The position numbers and the translations under genes were made by a program. DNA of 63,775 bases, filler included. It is 3 parts of 3 records of this genome, joined end to end, with 100 filler letters (N's around TTAATTAATTAA, not from the genome) between each part and the next. Parts side by side here need not be neighbours in the genome. Positions count along the whole stretch, not along the records: positions 29,433 to 48,594 come from SRR20825006_2389; positions 48,695 to 63,775 come from SRR20825006_2390; 1 more part is not named here. The stretch is one strand, 5' to 3'. Of this stretch, positions 47,834 to 54,917 are shown piece after piece (position 1 is the stretch's first letter; each line of letters opens with the position of its first letter). Under the pieces are notes generated by a model. That model was not told the origin of the DNA. It ran no database searches and worked only from the letters and a program-made list of their open reading frames with translations.

Positions 47834-47887
47834 GGAGCGACCTCACTGGTTTCGGGAAAGAGCATCACGATGCATAGGCCCTTTCAG

Positions 47888-47915
47888 GTTGTACACGAAG
47901 TAAATCTTGTACAAC
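47888..47915. promoter_or_regulatory. Putative LitR-type operator
   Basis: GTTGTACA-N12-TGTACAAC inverted repeat 55 bp upstream of the operon's first gene. Confidence 0.65.
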
Positions 47916-48056
47916 TTTAACCTGTCACTCTGTCAACGACCTGTGAATGCGGCTATCCATCTATCCATCACGTGCCTGCAAGACAACAATCACAAAGGTG
48001 CAATCGCCGGGCCCTATGCTTATACTTCCCGCAACACTGACATTATGGACAGTATA

Positions 48057-48449
48057 ATGCGTATTCTTGTCTGCGGTGGCCGCGATTTTGACAACCATGC
48101 CCTGCTGGAACAGACCCTCTGCCGCCTGCATCGGGATGACACCCTGAGCCTGTTGATTCACGGCAACGCCAGTGGCGCCGACCGTCTGGCAGGCCAGTGG
48201 GCCCACAACCACGGCATCGACCAGGTGAGCTACCCCGCCAACTGGAAAGCCCACGGCCGGGCCGCCGGCCCCATGCGCAACCGCCGCATGCTGCATCATG
48301 GTCGCCCTCAGGGCGTCATCGCCTTTCCTGGCGGGCGTGGCACCGCACACATGGTGGAACTGGCCGAGCAGGCAGGACTACCCGTGTGGAAGCCCGCGGA
48401 GGAACACGACAACCGCCTGTTTCAACGCACTGGCGAACTGCAGCGCTGA
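48057..48449 (+). CDS. DUF2493 / SLOG-superfamily protein
   Basis: RILVCGGRDF, IHGNASGAD..A..WA, PANW..HGRAAGP.RN..ML, AFPGGRGT..M. Confidence 0.85.
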   Translation: MRILVCGGRDFDNHALLEQTLCRLHRDDTLSLLIHGNASGADRLAGQWAHNHGIDQVSYPANWKAHGRAAGPMRNRRMLHHGRPQGVIAFPGGRGTAHMVELAEQAGLPVWKPAEEHDNRLFQRTGELQR

Positions 48450-48503
48450 TCGATCGCTGTCGAACGGAACATCGGAGGGAGAGAAGCCGGGAGGCTGAAA
48501 CGG

Positions 48504-48532
48504 AAAAGGGCCCGCCGTAGGCGAGCCCTTTT
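48504..48532. terminator. Bidirectional terminator downstream of tRNA-Lys
   Basis: AAAAGGGCCCGCC-GTA-GGCGAGCCCTTTT. Confidence 0.85.
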
Positions 48533-48537
48533 GAATA

Positions 48538-48594
48538 TGGTGGGTCGTGCTGGATTCGAACCAGCGACCAATTGGTTAAAAGCCAACTGCTCTA
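48538..48594 (-). tRNA. tRNA-Lys(TTT), 5' end truncated by contig end
   Basis: Reverse complement TAGAGCAGTTGGCTTTTAACCAATTGGTCGCTGGTTCGAATCCAGCACGACCCACCA: TTT anticodon loop, TTCGA T-loop, CCA end. Confidence 0.95.
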
Positions 48595-48694
48595 NNNNNN
48601 NNNNNNNNNNNNNNNNNNNNNNNNNNNNNNNNNNNNNNTTAATTAATTAANNNNNNNNNNNNNNNNNNNNNNNNNNNNNNNNNNNNNNNNNNNN
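48595..48694. other. Artificial contig spacer
   Basis: 44 N + TTAATTAATTAA + 44 N, identical to the first spacer. Confidence 0.98.
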
Positions 48695-48992
48695 AGACCC
48701 CGGGGTCTCCTCCTCGCCGCTCCCGGGCGGGCTCAGGCGGTTAGAAGCCGACAAAAAATGTACATCGACAAACAGGATATGCCCGAGCGCCAGGCACCAC
48801 GCGAGCGCAAAAACCGAGCTCACCCGCATAAAATGGTGGATGAGTCCTGGCACTATTCTTGTTAGTTGAATAAATGACTCACAAGTCATGTCCTGACATC
48901 GACAACTTCTCAGGTGGCCATGGGCCATGCGTTTCACGAACGAGCCCGAACCCCTGCCGAGCCAGGCCAGGAGGCGTCTCTTGCGCACCGAT

Positions 48993-50654
48993 ATGCACCG
49001 ATATTTCTTCCCCCTGTTTATCGCTTCATTGCTTTGCATGACGCCACTCTCGGCGCTCGCCCAGCAACCCGAAGAAGATCCTCCCCCTGCCGAAGAAGAG
49101 GAGCCGCCCGAAAGCGGCGACGAGGAGGGTGATACAGGCGACGAAGGCACCGAAGAGGAGGGGGAAGAGGGTGAAAAAGATGACCCCCCTGCAAAAGATC
49201 CCGAGGAGCAAGATGGCGCCGAAGAGGGAGAAGCAGATGAGGGCGGCGAAGACGAAGAAGTGATGAGCGAGGAGATCAAGGCCGAGCTCAAGCGCCGCGC
49301 CATCGAGGAGCTCAAGGCGCGCGAGGCGGAGAAAGAGGAGAACACGCTGACCCCCGAAGAGCTCGAGGAGCAGCGCTTTGACGCCGCCTTTGGCGTCAGC
49401 ACGCAGCTGCGCGAGAAAGAACAGGCCAGGCAGCGCGCAGAAAACGCCACCGGCGATGTCGAGTACTTCCTCCCAGAAGATCCCTCGAACGCACCACAGC
49501 TCGACTACAACGAGCCAATCGTGTGTGCTTATCGCCCGGGCAGCAACGTCATGGTCCGCATGCAATGCGACCACGAGAAGAAAGAATGTCTGGTTGCAGA
49601 AGAGGCGGTCTTTCGCACCCTGCCAAACTCGGAGGGGGGAGATAAAAACAACCCCGAGATCGTCCCCACAGACAGCGTCCCGGAGCAACTGAGCGGGTGC
49701 TACAGGTTGATCCAGCAAGAAGAGTTCGCGCTGCTCGAATCACGCGGCTACACGCTGATCCCCGCGCTGCTCGAGATCCCGCACGGCTACAAGCGCGACG
49801 AGCGCGGGCGCGCCTTCCAGACCCACTTCGACCTGCGCTCGAGGTTGCTTTTGGGCGTTTATTACATGGGCTCGGTAGCGGACAGCTACGGCCAGACGCT
49901 GGCGATCGAGACCAGGAGTTCCTACGAGCATATCGGCCACAGCAAGAAGCGTCGCCATCGCTTCTCGTTTATCGAGGGCGAGTTCGTGCTCTCGCCGATT
50001 CGCGCCCGCGCGCTGCTGTTTGACTACAACTACGGACGCGTCAACAACGAGCCGCTGTTCTACATCACGAACCTCATCGGAGAACCCTCTCGCACTGATG
50101 TTTACATGCGCATCGGCAAGGGGCTCACGCTCGGAAGGCTCGACTACCAGAGCTACGCGAATGCGCCAGACCAGACGATGCTCGATATGGTCGCCGGGCG
50201 ATTGCAGTGGGAGATCCTGCAAGGCTTCGGGCTCGAGGATTACTTCATGCTCTCGACCGCGAGCGGCTTCGGGACGCGCCGCATCGGTAACGATGACGCG
50301 GGGTCGGTGTACTTTTACCCCGAGCTTGGCTTCAAGGCGATCTGGCTCCAGAGCCCGCGCGGGCTCTTCCAGTTGGCGACCGAAGGTCGCGTGCGCTACG
50401 CCTTCGAGCCCGACATCGGGAGCGCGTGGCAGATGGCGATCGCTTCGGCGAGCGCGGAGTGGGTGATGCTCGCGATCAGCGACCAGCCGATCTCACTCTA
50501 CGCGCGCCCCGAGGCGCGCTTTATAAACATCCCCAGCGATGGCATCCAGCAAGGGGATTTCCGATTTATGGCGGGCATCCGGTTTAACTTCTTCGCGCCT
50601 CCGCCCACCGATCCTGTCGAGGTCGAGCGTCAATTCTCGAGTCAGAGCTACTGA
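48993..50654 (+). CDS. Exported protein: acidic disordered N-terminus, Cys-containing domain, putative outer-membrane beta-barrel
   Basis: Signal peptide ending ALA-Q; E/D-rich tract; amphipathic strands ending FRFMAGIRFNF; start could be 48927. Confidence 0.75.
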   Translation: MHRYFFPLFIASLLCMTPLSALAQQPEEDPPPAEEEEPPESGDEEGDTGDEGTEEEGEEGEKDDPPAKDPEEQDGAEEGEADEGGEDEEVMSEEIKAELKRRAIEELKAREAEKEENTLTPEELEEQRFDAAFGVSTQLREKEQARQRAENATGDVEYFLPEDPSNAPQLDYNEPIVCAYRPGSNVMVRMQCDHEKKECLVAEEAVFRTLPNSEGGDKNNPEIVPTDSVPEQLSGCYRLIQQEEFALLESRGYTLIPALLEIPHGYKRDERGRAFQTHFDLRSRLLLGVYYMGSVADSYGQTLAIETRSSYEHIGHSKKRRHRFSFIEGEFVLSPIRARALLFDYNYGRVNNEPLFYITNLIGEPSRTDVYMRIGKGLTLGRLDYQSYANAPDQTMLDMVAGRLQWEILQGFGLEDYFMLSTASGFGTRRIGNDDAGSVYFYPELGFKAIWLQSPRGLFQLATEGRVRYAFEPDIGSAWQMAIASASAEWVMLAISDQPISLYARPEARFINIPSDGIQQGDFRFMAGIRFNFFAPPPTDPVEVERQFSSQSY

Positions 50655-51706
50655 TGCATCGCCGACGTCACAACCTCGCGATCCTCGCCAGCGTCCTGGT
50701 GATGGGGGCGATCCTCTGGACCTCGCCCGAGGCTCGCGCGCAGGAATCGACCACAGCGCCCTCTTCATCCATCGAAGAGGTCGCCGTGGAAGATGCTGGC
50801 GCGACGAAAACGCGCGCCAGCCAGCGACCGAAGCTCGACCGCAAACGAAGGCGCGAAGGTCAGTATATGGTCGACGAGAAAGGTCGCCGGTTTCGCGTCT
50901 CGTTCCCCCTCTATGACCGCCTCTCGATCGAGGGCAACACGGGGTTCTCGCCGATCGGTGAAGGTCGCAACCCAGCCCAGGTTGGAGGCAGGTTGCGCTC
51001 GGACCTGAGCGTCTCGCTCGACTTCTCCGAGGACGAGGTCTGGTGGATGATGCGCCACAAGTTGTTGGACACTAGCCTGGCGCGCACGGGCGGAGCCGAG
51101 CCGTTTCGGGTTCAGGGAACCGTGCTCGAGGCGCGCTACCTGCGCCACGACCTGAGCACGTTTATCGTGGTGCCCGCCGCCAATGACTTCAGGTTGCCTG
51201 GAAACTTCGATATCGCGCTCGATTACACCCTGGGGCGCTATGACTTCACCTTTGGCGGGGGCACGCTAAACAGCCAACGCATCGACGTGGTGGACCTCTC
51301 GTTTTTGATGGATTTCATCCGCGACGAGACCTACCGGCACAGGTTCGCCGTCGGCATGGCGAGCTGGTATCACGCCACACCGGGCGACCTCTGGCAGCAC
51401 GAGATATCACCGCTCACCGCCGGGAAGGTGCTCTATGGCTGGGATCATAAGGATGGGCTGTTCCGCTTCTACACCGAGGCGATCTGCGGAGCATCGCTGA
51501 CGGTCGACACCGAGGCCGTCGATGCGCCGATGGATTGGGGGTGGCGCTGTCGCTCGTTGCTCGAGATGGAGTGGACGCCGATCGCGATCTCCGATGCGCC
51601 GCTGAGTATCCCGCTCGAGGTCCGCGCAGACTTTCCCTTCGAGAATCGCGACGCTTTCGATGTGCGCGCGACGCTCGGCATCCGCTGGAGCCTCAACCTC
51701 GACTGA
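50654..51706 (+). CDS. Putative outer-membrane beta-barrel, paralog of the upstream gene's C-terminal domain
   Basis: TGATG coupling; signal peptide ending ARA-Q; shared DExGRxF and EWxxxAISDxPxS motifs; terminal LGIRWSL. Confidence 0.75.
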   Translation: MHRRRHNLAILASVLVMGAILWTSPEARAQESTTAPSSSIEEVAVEDAGATKTRASQRPKLDRKRRREGQYMVDEKGRRFRVSFPLYDRLSIEGNTGFSPIGEGRNPAQVGGRLRSDLSVSLDFSEDEVWWMMRHKLLDTSLARTGGAEPFRVQGTVLEARYLRHDLSTFIVVPAANDFRLPGNFDIALDYTLGRYDFTFGGGTLNSQRIDVVDLSFLMDFIRDETYRHRFAVGMASWYHATPGDLWQHEISPLTAGKVLYGWDHKDGLFRFYTEAICGASLTVDTEAVDAPMDWGWRCRSLLEMEWTPIAISDAPLSIPLEVRADFPFENRDAFDVRATLGIRWSLNLD

Positions 51707-51763
51707 AGAAAACTTTCATGCCATAACCCCACGCATTCGATGCCTGAAGAGGAGAGGTTTGGC

Positions 51764-52759
51764 ATGAAGGTTCTTGTCACCGGGGGCGGTGGTTTTCTGG
51801 GGAAACATATCGTCGCGCAGCTGCTCGAGCGCGGCGACGAGGTCACGAGCGTGGCGCGATCGGATTACCCCGAGCTTCGCGAGATGGGCGCCACGACCGA
51901 GCGCGGTGATTTGAGCGATCCCGAGGTCGCAAAGCGCGTGACTCAGGGGATGGACGCCATCATTCACACCGCAGCGCGCGTTGGAATGTGGGGACCCAAA
52001 GAGGACTTCATCCGCATCAACGTCGAGGCCACGCAGCACCTACTCGACGCGAGCAAGCAAAACGGCGTGGAGCGCTTTATCTTCACGAGCTCTCCGAGCG
52101 TGACCTTCGACGGAGAGGACGCGTGCAACGCGGGCCAGGATGTCCCCTACCCTGATGAGTTTCTGGCCTATTATCCCGAGACAAAGGCTGAAGCCGAGCG
52201 CCGCGTCCTGAAAGCGCACGGCAGTGATTTTCGCACCACCAGCCTGAGGCCCCACCTGATCTGGGGGCCGGGCGATCCTCACCTGATCCCGAGGCTTGTC
52301 GAGCGCGCACGCGCCGGGAAGTTGAGGATCGTGGGAGACGGGGACAACAAGGTCGACATCACCTACATCGACAACGCCGCGCGCGCTCACGTCGACGCGC
52401 TCGAGGCGCTCGATCGGAACCAGGACGAGCCAAACCCTGGCGGCAAGGCGTACTTTATCAGCAACGGCGAGCCGGTCGACCTCTGGCCCTGGATCAACAA
52501 CCTGCTGAAAGAACTCGGCGTGGCGCCGATCAAGAAGTCGCTCTCGCTCAAGGCTGCCTACCGCGCTGGCGCGGCGATGGAGAAGACGTGGCGCACGTTC
52601 AGGCTGGGCGGCGAACCTCCGATGACGCGTTTTATCGCCTCTCAGTTGGCGACCTCACACTGGTACGATATGGAGCCCGCGCGCAGAGACCTGGGCTACG
52701 AGCCCGAGGTCTCGATGGACGAAGGCTTCGAGCGCCTGCTCCACAGCCTGAAGGCGTGA
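51764..52759 (+). CDS. oleD: Extended SDR, OleD-like 2-alkyl-3-oxoalkanoate reductase (3-beta-HSD family)
   Basis: TGGGGFLG, TSSPSV, YPETKAEAE, LRPHLIWGPGD, YIDNAA.AH, EPPMTRF, HWYD. Confidence 0.75.
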   Translation: MKVLVTGGGGFLGKHIVAQLLERGDEVTSVARSDYPELREMGATTERGDLSDPEVAKRVTQGMDAIIHTAARVGMWGPKEDFIRINVEATQHLLDASKQNGVERFIFTSSPSVTFDGEDACNAGQDVPYPDEFLAYYPETKAEAERRVLKAHGSDFRTTSLRPHLIWGPGDPHLIPRLVERARAGKLRIVGDGDNKVDITYIDNAARAHVDALEALDRNQDEPNPGGKAYFISNGEPVDLWPWINNLLKELGVAPIKKSLSLKAAYRAGAAMEKTWRTFRLGGEPPMTRFIASQLATSHWYDMEPARRDLGYEPEVSMDEGFERLLHSLKA

Positions 52760-52760
52760 G

Positions 52761-52792
52761 TGATTCCCATCTTCAGGAGAAGATGGGAATCA
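52761..52792 (+). terminator. 14-bp stem-loop right after the oleD-like stop (no U-tract)
   Basis: TGATTCCCATCTTC-AGGA-GAAGATGGGAATCA. Confidence 0.6.
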
Positions 52793-52972
52793 TCGGGCGA
52801 GCGTGCGACATTTAGAACAAGGATGATGTGTGGCAAGAGATTGCCACGCAGACACCGCGCGACTCCGCGCGCGGTGACGCGCTCGCTGGTGACGCGGCGA
52901 GCATCGGTTCCAGGAGATGGCGTGAGCGTGACGGGACTCGAGTCACAATCACTCTTGATGAGGAGAATCATC

Positions 52973-53581
52973 ATGAAGAAGACGCCATCTCTGTTTAAGC
53001 GCGATTACGAAGGCACGCGCCTCGTCATGGACGAGGTCGTCGAGGGCTCGGAGTGGGTCCTCGCTGGCGAGGGCGCAGCGACCGTCAAATATGACGGAAC
53101 AAGCTGCAAGGTCGAGAACGGCCAACTCTACAAACGCTACGATCGCAAGCTCACAAAAGCTGCATCGAGGCGTCGGCGCCGTGGCCACAAAGGCCCCTGG
53201 AGCGCGAGCGATCTCAAACCCGCCCCCAAAGGGTGGGAGCCGTGTGAACCTGAACCCAACGTCCACACAGGGCACTGGCCAGGTTGGCTCCCGGTCACAG
53301 ATGGCCCGGAGGATCAGTGGCATCGCGAAGCGTTCGAAAGAGGCGACTTCGAGGATGGGACCTACGAGCTGGTGGGACCCGCCATCCAGGGCAACCCCCA
53401 TGGATTGGAAGAGCACCAGCTCTGGAAGCACGGCGCTGAGACCTTTGGCGAAGTCCCCAGGGACTTCGAAGGGTTGCGTCAGTGGCTCTCCGAACACCAC
53501 GTCGAAGGGATCGTCTGGCATCACCCGGATGGTCGAAAGGTCAAGCTCAAGCGCAAGGACTTCGGTCTGATCTGGCCCTGA
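52973..53581 (+). CDS. DUF5565 / RLIG1(C12orf29)-like ATP-dependent RNA ligase, minimal form
   Basis: GAGGAG RBS; motif I KYDGT, GHWPGWLPV, TYELVGP.IQGNP, EGIVWH, KLKRKDFG. Confidence 0.8.
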   Translation: MKKTPSLFKRDYEGTRLVMDEVVEGSEWVLAGEGAATVKYDGTSCKVENGQLYKRYDRKLTKAASRRRRRGHKGPWSASDLKPAPKGWEPCEPEPNVHTGHWPGWLPVTDGPEDQWHREAFERGDFEDGTYELVGPAIQGNPHGLEEHQLWKHGAETFGEVPRDFEGLRQWLSEHHVEGIVWHHPDGRKVKLKRKDFGLIWP

Positions 53582-53592
53582 AGTAATCGCTT

Positions 53593-53640
53593 AAAAAAAG
53601 CCCGAGGTCACTGCTGGCAGTGACCTCGGGCTTTTTCTTT
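53593..53640. terminator. Bidirectional intrinsic terminator
   Basis: AAAAAAAGCCCGAGGTCACTGC-TG-GCAGTGACCTCGGGCTTTTT between convergent genes. Confidence 0.9.
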
Positions 53641-54496
53641 ACCAATCGGCGCGCAGCCAGTGGAGCGAGCGATCGTGGCACAAAACCACGACCTCATCCT
53701 TGCCAGGACACAGGATCGCTGCGCGGATATTGGCGTCGAACAAATCACTGTGGAGATGCCGATTGTTCTCGATATCCACGAGGCCGATCCTCTTGTGAAT
53801 GCTGACGAATCCAGCGCCAGTGGAGTCCAGCATCGCGAGCAGCGCGCGCGCTCTGGAGCCATCGACATCCTCGACATAGCCCATCCAGGGAGCGGTGGTG
53901 TTTTGGATTCGATCGATGCTGCCATCCAGCGCGAGCTCGATCGTCCCGACCGCGCTGTCAGGATCGATGCCAACCAGGCTGACCTGTGTATTTGCATCTC
54001 CGGGAATCTTCAAAAGTCCGCGCCAACCTTTGGCCAGGGTCGTGAAGCGATCTTTTGCGGCGAGTGCGTCGAAACGAACAAGCTGCTCGCCGCGCGAGTA
54101 AACGAGGACGCCTTGGTCGGTGAGCATATGCGCGAGGAAGTGGTCGCGCTCTTCATAGGAGGTCACGCGGATGGTGTTTTCGGACGCACTGTCCAGGAGC
54201 ATCACATCAGTGACGTAGATATGATCGTAATATCCATCGGGTTGAAGGGAGGTCTTTGTCGTGAGCGTAAACCGCCCCGATGCCGAGCTCGTGGTGCTCG
54301 TGGAGCGCTGGCTGTAGCCGATGGGGATGCGGCGAGGCGGGGGAGCAGCATCGAGCTCCTCGCCGCGAGCTTTGTCAGGTGTAAAGAGAAAGCGCTCGTT
54401 CCAGATCACGGAGCTGCCATCGCTGGCAAACCGGATCGAGCCGAGAGTTTCTCGAGGGAACAGATCGAGTTCCCATCGTTGCAGGGAGATAAACAT
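53639..54496 (-). CDS. Hypothetical protein, possibly a divergent beta-propeller
   Basis: AGGGG RBS before ATG 54496; WD40-like blade ends (SIRFASDGSSVI, SASGRF, DRSLHW); atypical codon usage. Confidence 0.55.
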   Translation of the reverse strand: MFISLQRWELDLFPRETLGSIRFASDGSSVIWNERFLFTPDKARGEELDAAPPPRRIPIGYSQRSTSTTSSASGRFTLTTKTSLQPDGYYDHIYVTDVMLLDSASENTIRVTSYEERDHFLAHMLTDQGVLVYSRGEQLVRFDALAAKDRFTTLAKGWRGLLKIPGDANTQVSLVGIDPDSAVGTIELALDGSIDRIQNTTAPWMGYVEDVDGSRARALLAMLDSTGAGFVSIHKRIGLVDIENNRHLHSDLFDANIRAAILCPGKDEVVVLCHDRSLHWLRADW

Positions 54497-54599
54497 GGAC
54501 ACCCCTGTTCGATTTCCGCCCACCGTGATCGATGCAAGCGCCCAACGCGAGGCACAAATACCACACCCCCGAGAGAGGGGTACAGGGAGGACGGTTATT

Positions 54600-54804
54600 C
54601 GGTTGATATCGAGAGGGGCAAAAAACCACCTACAAGAAAGCACAAAGAACCGGTTCGTTGGCTTTCTATGCTTTGAAGAAGAAAGTCAACGCAATCGGTT
54701 CGAGGGGGTTGGGAAAGGGCCCATTCATGATGCGAGCCACCTTGCTTCTTTCTGCAAGGTGGCTCTTCTGGTCCTCCCCGAACCCTCCTGGATCTCAGCC
54801 GCGT
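54600..54804 (-). ncRNA. Candidate structured RNA / regulatory leader (~200 nt), family unidentified
   Basis: Several long mutually exclusive stems plus 5'-3' end pairing, directly downstream of a near-consensus promoter. Confidence 0.4.
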
Positions 54805-54810
54805 AAGAAT

Positions 54811-54840
54811 AGTATGGGGAAAATGTGGTTTCGATGTCAA
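54811..54840 (-). promoter_or_regulatory. Sigma70-type promoter
   Basis: TTGACA (54840-54835)-N18-CATACT (54816-54811). Confidence 0.65.
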
Positions 54841-54917
54841 GGAGGAATGAAACGTTCATATTCGATCGATGCAAATATGACACGATTTATTAGCAACCGG
54901 TCTCGTGAAGCGGGGAT

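Noticed and set aside
48450..48594. Active prophage or ICE at tRNA-Lys
   Set aside because: No integrase or duplicated tRNA 3' end seen in the contig
52831..52844. TGGCAAGAGATTGC as a sigma54 promoter
   Set aside because: GG to GC spacing is 9 nt, not the required 10; better explained as a hairpin
54600..54804. 6S RNA identification
   Set aside because: Size and end pairing fit, but I could not build a symmetric rod with a central bubble, and the usual zapA/ygfA context is absent
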